Source of the DNA: Podarcis gaigeae
Lineage: Eukaryota
NCBI GenBank assembly: GCA_964106915.2
Contig: OZ066924.1
Strand: one strand, 5' to 3'
Length of the DNA stretch: 64,000 bases
Shown: in pieces, positions 36,553-47,666 of the stretch
How the letters are laid out: every line of letters starts with the position of its first letter
Numbering within the stretch: the stretch's first letter is position 1
Notes under the pieces: model-generated
Seen by the model: the letters and a program-made list of their open reading frames with translations, nothing else
Databases searched by the model: none
Told to the model about the DNA's origin: nothing
Program-made: the position numbers and the translations under genes

Positions 36553-39500
36553 CACCCCAACTTTTACACGGGAAGACACCCGAGGACACCAAAACCTGCA
36601 TTCCTGTACCCGTGAAAATCTACGAAAGCATATATATATATATATATATATATATGAATGCCCACTGAGAGTCTATAGAACACAAAGAATGTCCTCAGTA
36701 CTGTAGGACACATGACCACCCTATTGAAGCCCCAGGGTCTCTGAGGCAGAGAGTGGGTGAGAAGGGATGCTGGCTTCTCAGAGACATACCAGGAGCTCAG
36801 TCAAACACAGGACATTGAACTAATACATTGGGTGAATCATCTTTCATAAAAACGATCTCAATAATAGAAGGGTGGCGTGCAAATAGTAAAGAGCAGAGCA
36901 GGGAGGAGCAGTGCGTGTTCTAGCAAAGACAAGGAAACACAGATATTTCCTTTCTTTCTTTTTTCCCGGAGCCCAACCTGTTTTGGTGTAATGGGTTCGA
37001 CCCCTTTGCTTCTGGGAAATGACCAGAGTGAGACCACTTTTGTAAGAAGTGTCTCCAACGCTCACAAACATGGGAGAAACGCCTTGTCTGTTGGCAAAGT
37101 AGGTTTGCTAGGACAGTCTGTGGCTAGCTGCTCTGTGGATTCTGGAAAAGCGCCCATTGGGCTTTTCTAATATGCTGCTATTTATCAGAAGATGATGCCA
37201 TTTTTTCACATGCAAATAGAAACATAAGCGATGCAAATCCCATTGTTTGCAGTGGGATGAGGTGCACATCAAACCTAGTGGCGTGTTTAGGGGGAGCTTA
37301 GCATGAGGCTGCAGTGATTTGGATCTGTGTGGCCAATTTCTCAAAGGGTTGTAAGATAGAACGACTAAACTTCAGACAGCCTACTAAATCTAACTAACAT
37401 GCTGGATGAATTTGAAATAATGCTCGAAAGAAGATACCGTATCATTAAGCTTTTGCTCATGCACTCTGATGTTTGTGAAAGCCTAAGCAATTTGCTAATA
37501 GCTCTAAATCCTGATTCATTTCAGTATTTAGAGGTTGTGTGACATTTCCCACAATTTAATTAGATTATTCTAACCAGAGCAAACTTGTAAAAGTATGGTC
37601 CATCCCAAGCCATGTGGCCTACAGCAATGGCAGGTAATTAAGCTTCACAAAGATACAAAAAATAAAATTAAAAAATGACAATAGCAATGCTGGGAATGAG
37701 CAGTGGCCTTTATATACACCTTAGCTCTCCCCTTCAAATTGAAGCTGGCTTGGGAGTCCATAAAACAAAGACTGAACCTGACTGACCAGTTGCCCTCCAG
37801 CAGGTTTTTTTTTTTTTTTTTTTTTTAGGAAATGAGGCACCATATTTCAACATTTTTTTCTCAAACCAGCAACCAGGTACCTGTTACCAATTTCCAGAGG
37901 TCACTTGTTCAGGAGCCCTTCTTGAGAAAGCAAGATGGGTCACAATTCTGCAACAGCATGGTCTCAATACTGCTGAATGCAATTGCCGATCTACCTTGAA
38001 ATACATGTGCAGAACTGAGGAACATCAAACTGAGTGCCTTATGCACAGATACCTGTTTTTCTCTCTTTCCCTTTCCTCATTGTAGCATGGTCTAATCTTC
38101 CTCTATGAATGATATAGAACAGATACTGAAACTTACAGCCCTCCCCTCCCAAACTCCTGATCTCTCTCATCCATTGGGATAGCTCTGAGGGAATACCCCA
38201 AAATATAAAGCTGGCCTTCATAGTAAAAATGAAATTAGTTATTGTAGTTATTCAATATTAGTCCAATTTTCAACATTTGTATGTTGAAATTCTCCAGATT
38301 TTTGGCTTTTGAAGGTATCGAATATAAAATATTACCAGCTGACAGCTGTCAAATATGAAACACGACTACATGTCAACTATCCTGTCAACATCAATCTTCA
38401 AATACATTTCAAATAATGAAATCAAATGCTACTGGGTTGATTATGCACTATCATTGGGTAACAGTGATCTGGTGCACAGTCAACATGAATCGTGGGTAAG
38501 ATTTAACATTGAGATTTAAAGGTTCAAAGGAAGTTAAAATGACTCTTAACTCAGAATCTGAGATTACATTGAGAAACACTATGAAGAACAAATTAAGTTA
38601 TTAAAAACTCATAAACTTAAGTATGGCTACTGAATAACATTGTTTCCCAAAACTATGAATGGGTCTAGCATCTTTCAGTTTGTTATGTGGCTGTTCTAGA
38701 TTAGCATTTTGTTTTCTACCTTTAGTTTATTTTAATCAAATCAGAATTAGATGGCTGCCTATGGTGCCCACAGAGGTGGATTTCAGGCAGCGTGATTGGT
38801 TTCCCCGCTCTGGGCGCCAAGTTGGGGGTAGGGGCACCGTAGGCAATCACAACTATGTTGTAGTGCACATGCACATGAAGGTGAGAGGGCACCAAATTTT
38901 GGCTTCCCACAGGGCACCACTGATATTTGAAATACCCAAGCCCACCCCTGGGTGAAGACATGACTTTTTACGCAAACAATCCTGATTGTTTCCTTTTCAT
39001 AGATAACCTAGTGTTAAATGTCTGAATCAGCAAAACATATGAAGGATATACCTTGTACCTAAGGAACAAAAGCCAAATATGCTGCTGGCTAATACATCTC
39101 TAATAAAACCGGGGGGGGGGGGCAGTTAAAGAACAACCACTTGCCCTCCCTTTGTACTGCGGTTTTCTATATGCTAACTTTTCTTCCTTCCCGGTGCACC
39201 ACATTTTTTACCATGCTATGACAGCACTAAGCAGATCACTCCATCAGTGCAAGCATTTGTGCTTGCCTGATGGAACTACAGTCCCAGATTGAGCATGGTG
39301 TGGGCTGTTCTCCCGCACAGAATGCTGAGCCAAGGGGGTGCATAACACAATAGTAAAACCTATATTTATACGGGTACATACAGAGAAGATCCATAAACAA
39401 GCAACTGTACCAAAATGAATTATTGTGAAAATAATAAATATTTAGGTGGAGGGGCACCAAATTTTGTCATCGCTCAGGGCATCTTATTACGCAAGTGCAC

Positions 39501-39892
39501 CCCTAAGCAATCTGCTTTTTCAGGGGCTCTCCTGACTCCACCAAGACAATTTTGCACAGGGGGTTTTGCAGGGAGAGGAGAGGCAAGGAATGCCCCATTG
39601 CACTTTTGGAAGTCCTTGCAGGGACCTCCGCTGGCAGAATCTGGCCTGTTAGTTTTAATGGGTATGCTGTGACATAGGTGTGTGACCTTAGGGTCATATA
39701 CAACCCTTAGTCTTTAAAGGATAATCCTTATGTGTAATGGTTTCCATAAGAGAAACCACATGATCTCTCTAATGCAGGGATGGGAAACCTGTGGCCCTGC
39801 AGAAGTTGTGGGATTAAAACTCCCATAATCTCTTACCAAAGTTTTCTCATTCCTGCTGTAATGCAAAAATTGGTGCCATGACTCAGTTTATA

Positions 39893-39958
<66 letters not shown>

Positions 39959-41149
39959 TGTGTGTGTTGTATACGGCAGCTTCCTATGTCTGATAGCTAA
40001 AATAACATGGCAGGGGCTGGCTACTGCTTTGTTATAAACTTTGGGTAAAGGTAATACTTTCAAGTGAAAAACAAAGTAGACAATAGGAATACAGTTTCAT
40101 CATGTTACAAAATCATTTAAAATGGATTGAGCATATATCCTCTGCTGGGGTAGCTTATTGCTTCAATGTGAAAAGCTCAGGGTTTATTCTTTGCCCTGAA
40201 AAACAAAACAAAACACTGAGTTGATAAAGTGAAATTGTGACACCTCTTTTCTGTTTTCTGAATTGTATTATGAGCCCGTTGCAGCACGGATGTGTCAGAG
40301 TTCACAAATGTTTGTAGGACTACATCAAGATGAATAATTTGCAAATTTGCAAAGGTCTTGGAGGGGAGAGAGCGAGAGAGAATGAAACACAATTTTAGAG
40401 GTAGTAGGTACCTCTTCTAACCTAGGACCTGTACTGAAGATAGCTCCCTTTCAAACCTAGCAGGGGGAACAATTAATAAAGGAACCCATTAAGGTCTGAT
40501 TGTTGCTGCTAAAAAGGAAGGTTGAATTTCAGTCCTTTGAAGTAACTGAGAATGATTCAGGCCTCATTACAGAGATATAATCTACATTCATACATTTATG
40601 TTAGTGATTCAGATCTATTGGGACAGATTGAATTCCGTTAAATAGTGGATCTTTCCTCTGGAACTTTTCTCAGGCTTTTTCAGGCTAACCTAAGAGGGGG
40701 CCTAACAATACAAAGTAGTAGGGTACTTAGGGATTCCACTGTGCTATAAAAGAAAGGCTATACAGAAAGTAGGAAAAAAGGAGTGAGATATAATCTAAAA
40801 AGCTATGTCAGCTTTTCATTGGGCCTCTGTTTTGTAAGTGCCCATCCTGTCATCACACAGTATACAGAAAAAAGGAGCCCATGAGTGTTTCTTCACCAAA
40901 TATTGCACCTGCTGTAGCTGGATTTAATAGGATAGTTTCTAAGATTATTTTTAAATAAAACATTTTGTTCATGCAATCAAACCAAAGCTGCAAAGAGGAT
41001 CTAAGCAGAACTTTTAACAGCAGGAGCATTGTTGGGGGGGGGTGCCCCAAGGGGTTAGGGTTTCAACCCAGGTATTTTGCAAATGGTCCTGGATCTCCTA
41101 ATCTTTCCTTTGCTCTTTTTTAAACTTTATAAATTTGCCACTTTATTTA

Positions 41150-42460
41150 TTTAAAGCATTTATATACCACTTGCCCACTAGCATTTATAAGAGTTGAACC
41201 GAAAATAACCGTACAGAATAGAACAATAAGAATCATCATAAAACTGAACAGGAACCTGAACCACTGCCTGAAAATGGCTGCTGGAAGAAGAAACAATTTG
41301 TCATGCACTGGAAATTCAACATGGAGGGTGCCTGTCTAATCTTGGCTGGAAGTGGGTTCCATAGGCTTGGACCCACAACACTGAAAGCAAAGATTCTAGG
41401 AGTTATGAGCCATGCATCCAAACCAACAGAAAGCCCCCAAAGGTTCTCTGTGATCTACAAGTGATCAGGTATTCCTTATCAAATATATAGCCCACTATCC
41501 CACCCAAAAAAGCACCCCAGGGCAGGAAACATATTTGTAAAAAAAATGCAATTAAAATTAATACATATAATTGCTAAAAACATCTAAAAACAATTAAGCA
41601 GGTAACTAACCATGTGTCCGAATACTCACCCAACCAGAAATGTTTTCAACAGACATTTAGAAGAACACAAAGATGGCACCTGCCCAAACTGCAACTTCTG
41701 CTAGACTAAGGCCATGACTGCAGAATGGAAACTGCATCACACTTGTAGAAGTCAAGTTCTGTAGACTGATTGAGACAGCACATATAGGGTAAGACAATCC
41801 CTTAAGTAAACTGGTCCCAAGCCAGTCAAGGATGTATATACCAGTAGTAACACTTTTAACTCAACCTGATATTGAACTGGCAGCCAGAGTAGATGTTTGA
41901 GCACAAGTGCAACACGCTTACAAACTCTCACTCCTGTAAGCAATTATGCTGTAGAATTTTGCACTAACATCAAGCAAAAGGGAAGCCCCATGCAGAGTGC
42001 ACTGGAGTAGTCCAGTTGCGAAGTTAGCTGTTCCTAAATCACTGTGGCAAGCAGCCCTGGTCCAGGGACAGCCGCAGTTGTCTAACCAGCTGAAGCCTGG
42101 CACACACAAAATCTACTCACCCGCAGAGCCTTTATCTTGCTGGGATTCAAGCTCAGCTTATTTGCCTTCATCTAGACACCAGTCCAAGACCTGCAGGGAC
42201 TCTCCTCCTTCAGATGTCATGGAGGAAGAGACCCAAATACCCTAATGAGTACTTGAGCGTTATCCTGGGCCCAAGTTGCTAAGGGCCTTGTACATTACTA
42301 CAAGAACCTGGATAGCTAGTACAACCTTTTAAGCACTGGTGTGCTGTGCTGGTGATAGTCTGACCCCATCAATAGTCCGACCACAGCATTTTGCACCAGG
42401 TGGAGCTTCCAGACCAAGTGGAAGGGGAGACCCACATTGAGGCAACATAATAAACAAGTG
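41150..42460 (-). mobile_element. Degenerate L2 LINE fragments
   Basis: Peptides AFSVVGPSLWNPLP and LKHLLWLPVQYQVELKVLLLVYTSLTGLGPVYLRDCL; similar decayed L2 at ~11500-11960. Confidence 0.75.
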
Positions 42461-43036
42461 GGTGCATGAGTTCCCAGCCGCTGCCACCCATCTTAATTTC
42501 TCAGGGTATTAGGGTATTTATATGCAATGTAACATAACAAAACACTTGCACCATGGGCACGTGTCCCAGACCCTTAGAGTACGTAGCAATGCCCCCAACT
42601 GCTGCATATAATAAAGCCTTTATTATTTCTTTTTAAAAAAATGTAAGAACACTGTACATTTCTTTAAGATATAACTGCCCTCCTCCCTCAAAAAAACCCA
42701 CAAAACCAAAATCTGAAAGCACATTGCACATTAAGGCTGCAGTCCTATATGTGCACTTATTAGGAGTAAGCCTCACTCAATGGGGCTTCATAGTTGTTGT
42801 TTTTTTAAAAAGATAAATAGGATTTGCCTGTAAAATTACTGAAGTAATAGTTAACGAATTAGCACTACTGAAAAATGGAACACTGCTTGCAATTTTCATC
42901 ACTATTGTATCACAGATCTTGTTTAGATAAAGGCCACTGACCAGCTCTACTGATGTGCAACTAGTCACACACATCATCTCTAGTTGCCTGAATCAGGATA
43001 AACATTCAAATTTGATGGCTTTAAGAGGGATCAGAC

Positions 43037-43165
43037 CAAGCTTCCTCAACCTCGACCCTCCAGATGTTTTGAGACTACAATTCCCATCACCACTGGTCCT
43101 GCTAGCTAGGGATCATGGGAGTTGTAGGCCAAAAACATCTGGAGGGCTGAGGTTGAGGAAGCCTG
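43037..43165. mobile_element. Short hairpin hAT MITE
   Basis: Inverted arms around CCCTCCAGATGTTTT / AAAACATCTGGAGGG; 7/8 TSD GAT(C/T)AGAC. Confidence 0.8.
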
Positions 43166-43297
43166 GATTAGACAAAATCATGAGGGATGAATCTATCAGC
43201 AGCTACTTGTAAAGGGGGTCAACCTATCCATTGGGCTGAAATTTACCTCTACAAGGGCAAAATGTATCACAGGCAGGTGTATCTGGTTGGCCACTGT

Positions 43298-43992
43298 CAG
43301 GGCCGGATTTAGGTTTGATGAGGTCCTAAGCTACTAAAGGTAATGGGGCCCTTTATATGTCCAGCTGTCCTTTGTCAACAACAAATTGTTGCTGTTTCTT
43401 TGTGTTGAATACAGTGGTACCTCGGGTTAAGTACTTAATTTGTTCCGGAGGTCCGTTCTTAACCTGAAACTGTTCTTAACCTAAAGCACCACTTTAGCTA
43501 ATGGTCCCTCCTGCTGCTTCCGCGCCGCCAGAGCACGATTTCTGTTCTCATCCTGAAGCAAAATTCTTAACCTGAAGCACTATTTCTGGTTTAGCGGAGT
43601 CTGTAACCTGAAGCGTATGTAACCTGAAGCGTATGTAACCCAAGGTACCACTGTATATGCTACATGGTAATTTATGGACCTAATAGGTATCTAAAGCCAT
43701 TTGCACATGTTGCCATGTAACCAGTCCATGCAGAATGTAGGCACCATATATATAGAATCGAGCAAACCAGTGATATTTTAGGAAGCCGGCTAGCAGGCGG
43801 CGGCCATTACTTACATCATAGGAGCCTACACAATACACAACACTGTTGCTGTATGTAGGTTTTATTTGTTTTTTAACTTATATTTTGGAAATGTACATCG
43901 GGGGGTTTTTTTGCTTTGAATTTTTTGAGGGGCCCCAAGACAGTGGGGCCCTTAGCTAAAGCTTGTTTAGCTTATACGTAAATCTGGCACTG
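43298..43992. mobile_element. hAT non-autonomous element
   Basis: TIRs CAGGGCCGGATTTA / TAAATCTGGCACTG; perfect 8-bp TSD GCCACTGT (43290-97 / 43993-44000). Confidence 0.88.
43412..43653. mobile_element. Tc1/mariner MITE, 242 bp (same family)
   Basis: Same TIRs and TA TSD; nested in a hAT element. Confidence 0.88.
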
Positions 43993-44942
43993 GCCACTGT
44001 GAGAACTAGATGTGCCATTGGCCTGATCATCAGACATTTCATTCATAACCCTATTAAGCAGCTAGTTATATCACTGAGTGAGTTGGATTATAGTAGATAT
44101 CCATAATTTCTGGGGCCTCTATGTAATTCCCCAATGTACACATTCCCCCTCCTGTATTATATAAACTTGCCAATTGAGGACTATGCAACTGATGTAGTAG
44201 TCCATGAAAACTTATGCCATAATAAAATTGAAAAGGTGCCGCACAATTCTTTGTTGTTTTTACAGACAAACATGGCTATGCTTCTGTATGTTCCCAATAG
44301 CTTCCCCCCTTTTCTCTGTAAATAAAGACCTCAACCGTTCCCTAAATCAAATGCAACCCCACAACTTTCCAAAGCGTTTAGCGCGTGGATCAAACATTAA
44401 GAACAGCTATTTCAGAATGGCACAAACAACGTAATAAAACACATGAATTCCAGAACTAGACTTTTCTTTTTCTTTTTCATTTTGAAGGCTGTTTAAATGT
44501 TTCCCCCAGAATCAAAGCCCATAAATTTCAGAAATGAGTCTTTGGTAACAAAGTGCACATCATAATTAAAGAAAATAATTCCTAATTTTCTGCTGCAGCA
44601 TTCCCAATACACTCGAAAGCCCAAGCTAATGAATCAATCCAATCTGAGAACTATTTGTTCTGTACATATGTTCAGCTAGTCAAGGAAAAATTGATTCCAA
44701 ATGGATATAATATAAATGCCCTGGCTATTTTTCCATTGCGTTCCATGGATCAGCATTTTATTCAAATCATGCTTTCTTCCAAGTAATCCGTATGTTTACA
44801 TATGAGAGAATTTCCTTCTTTCTGTCTTTTAATTTGGAAGGCTAATGTTGCAATAATTACTTTATGCTGGCGTATGCCAGCACAACACTGTCATGGCATG
44901 TAACTCTCTAACAGCAGAGTAATCTCACAGGTCCTTAGGAAC

Positions 44943-45002
<60 letters not shown>

Positions 45003-47222
45003 CAGTCTCTGATTCCTTAACATCGAGGAAGGTATACAAATTTGGCACATCCCACTGGAAGCCTGTTAAGTGTTGGCAACAACAGAGTTCATCACAGGAA
45101 AAGCCTAGTATATCTGTCATGATAGCCCTTGTGGAACATGACAAATTCCCTGGGAGGGGTGGATAATAACAGCACCTTCTGTGGGAAATAAATCACTACT
45201 TGCCCTTCATAAACAATAGATGGTTACAAAAAAAAAAAAAGATTTCAAAATGGAAAATGTGCTTCTTTCTGGTAAAGGAAATTGCATTAATAATATAAAA
45301 AAAAACAGACAGATTTTATGGGCAAACCTTTGCAATGCCAATAAAAGTCCCCCCCCCCCCATTTCCCCCTCTTATTTTCTTTTGAAGTCCAAGGCGTGAT
45401 TTGGTAAGTTGAGTCATGTTAGCAATTAGAAATTGGCTCATTTAAGGGGGGCTTATTTCGCGGTGAGTTGGGGAGTGATAAATCTTGAGACGCTCAAAAG
45501 GAAGAGTAAGCTTTAAAAGTGCAGTACCCCCCCCCCTTTTTTTTTTTTTTTGGTTTCAGCAACGGAAGCCAGAAATCATTGATTCGTTAAAATAAATGGG
45601 AGAGGCAGTAAGAGAGAAAGAGAGAAAGAAAGAAAGAAAAAGAGAGAGCGAGAGCGCGCTGGAGACCTCCAAGGAAGTTAGCAGGAGGGGAAGCAAAGGG
45701 AGCTAATTATGGATATCTGTATTTCCGTCGGACCAGCTTATAAACTGCTTTCTTAGAATTTGTCTGCACTTATATCCTTTCTTCCAGATCTTACCCACAC
45801 GGCCTCCTTTCTTTATAGAAGGGGTGCTTGGGGCGGGAGGAGGGGGAGAGAGAGTCCGTCAGCAAAGCCACAAGCACCAGGTGGCTCTCAACTACACACT
45901 GCCAAAAAAATAAAATAAAAATCCTTCTCTAGAAAACAAGTTTTAAAAAGAGGGGGAGAAGGAGGAGGGCTCCCTAGAGGGGATTGGCTGAGAGGGGAAG
46001 ACAGGAAAATTAGTAAAGCATGAATCTCTCAAGCCATGCTGGTGGCCAGAAGGACTGCTTGAGGAGCAATTAGCTGAAGGCTGCTGCTTGCTGCTGCTGC
46101 TGCTATAGGAGAAGAAGCAAAAAAGAAAAAAAGAAAGGAAAAGGAAAAGGGAAAAGGGCAGATTCTGTTGGAGTCTCTCTCTCGCTCTCTCTCTCCCGCT
46201 CCCAGTAGGCGCTTGCTCATTGCAACTTGCAAAAGGGTTTCAGATGTCCCAGCACCGCTGCTTGACCCCCTGCAAATAAAACTTGACCACCAGAGGCACG
46301 TCCCACCTCTCTCCTTCCTAATCTCTAGCATTTAGGATACAGCTTCCAACCTGTTGGCAACCCTACGGAGAGAGAGGGGGAAAGGACTTGTTTTGCAATC
46401 TTTTTTTCTTTTACTTTTTTCAGGAAATATATATATATATACAGATATTTGAGATACAGATATCTATCTATTTCTGGAAGATTCAAGAGAGGGGGGTGCA
46501 AGCCCCTGTTTTCTGCTTCTGAGAAGGACTGCGTTTCTGAACTTCGGTGAGAGGAAGGTGCAGAAGTTGTTCAGGGTGGGGGGGCGCTGACCCCCCTCCC
46601 GTTTCGTTTTTGCTTTCTCCCGGATTTTTCCCCCCTTGTCCACCACCAGCTCCGCTGCAAGTGTCGTCGCTCACCCGCCTTGTCATCTCTCTCTCTCTCT
46701 CTCTTTGCAGACTTTCCCTCCTTGCCTCTGCGAGAGATGGTGCACAGGGCGAAATAGCCTCGCGCGCTCGCAGCAGCAACAGCAGCAGCAGCAGCAAAGC
46801 GGCAAACCAGCCCCCAGGAGTTTGGTGATGGGGGGTTGAAAGGCCTGGGGGAAGAGAAAGAAAGAAGGAGGGAGAAAGAAAAAGATCGCCAAGAAAATCT
46901 GCAAGCCAAACAACCGCCTGAGCTCGCCCAGAAAACTGTAAGGCAACTTTGTGGTGTGTGTGCGTGTGTGCGCTTGTGCGTTCTTGGAAAGGACTCGAAG
47001 GATTAATAAAAGGAGGGCGAAGGAAGCCGAACCAAGGAGAGCGCGTGGAAGTGGGGGAACCCAAAGTGGAGCGAAGGCACCGTTTCCTGCGGAGCGCTTG
47101 GCCCCCTGAGGCATGGAAGTCGGCGCCCTCCCTCCAGGCCAGATCAGCGCGCCGAGGTCTGTGAGCAGGAGGGCTCCCCATCAGCTGTCCCCTCGCCTCT
47201 CCCCGGGGTTCCCCCTTCCAGT

Positions 47223-47288
47223 ATGTTTCTTTTCATGAGGCATCTCCCCGCGCCCAGAGCTTCAGTACAATGTGCAAATGGAGACTGA
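47223..47288 (+). other. Out-of-frame upstream ORF (21 aa, [21 protein letters not shown]) overlapping the FGF10 ATG
   Basis: ATG 47223 (A at -3), second in-frame ATG 47235, TGA 47286-47288 lying downstream of the main ATG at 47270. Confidence 0.7.
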
Positions 47289-47666
47289 TACAGGGTGCCT
47301 CAGCCTTCGCCCACCTGCCTTCCTCCTCCTCCTCCTCTTCTTCTTCCTCCTCCTCCTCCTCCCGCCGCCGCCGCAGCTTCGTCTTCCTGCTGCTGCTCTG
47401 GATGTCGTCGTCCCTGGCTGCCCCCTGCCATGAGCACGGCCAAGACATGCTGCTCCTCAAGGCCACCAACTCTTCGTCGTCGTCGTCGCCATCCTCCTCC
47501 TCCTCTTCCTCCTCCTCGCCCGCCAGCGCGGGGAGACACGTGCGGAGCTACAACCACCTCCGAGGAGACGTGCGCTGGAGGAAGCTCTACTCTTACAACA
47601 AGTTCTTCCTCCGGATTGAGAAGAACGGCAACGTCAGCGGCACCAAGAGGGAGAACTGCCCTTATA
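47270..47666 (+). CDS. FGF10: Fibroblast growth factor 10, coding exon 1 (132 codons + 1 nt, phase-1 intron follows)
   Basis: Translation [17 protein letters not shown]...GQDML..ATNSSSS...[48 protein letters not shown] matches the FGF10 N-terminus and start of the beta-trefoil. Canonical donor A|GTAAGT at 47666/47667; ORF-track residues beyond this are intronic. Confidence 0.97.

Larger units (their letters stand above)
34719..36655 (+). mobile_element. Penelope-like retroelement (Penelope/Poseidon type), 5'-truncated, with pseudo-LTR and (TA)n tail
   Basis: Uninterrupted RT + GIY-YIG ORF; 3' pLTR with a hammerhead motif; (TA)n at 36631-36655; 22-bp duplication at the 5' junction. Confidence 0.93.
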
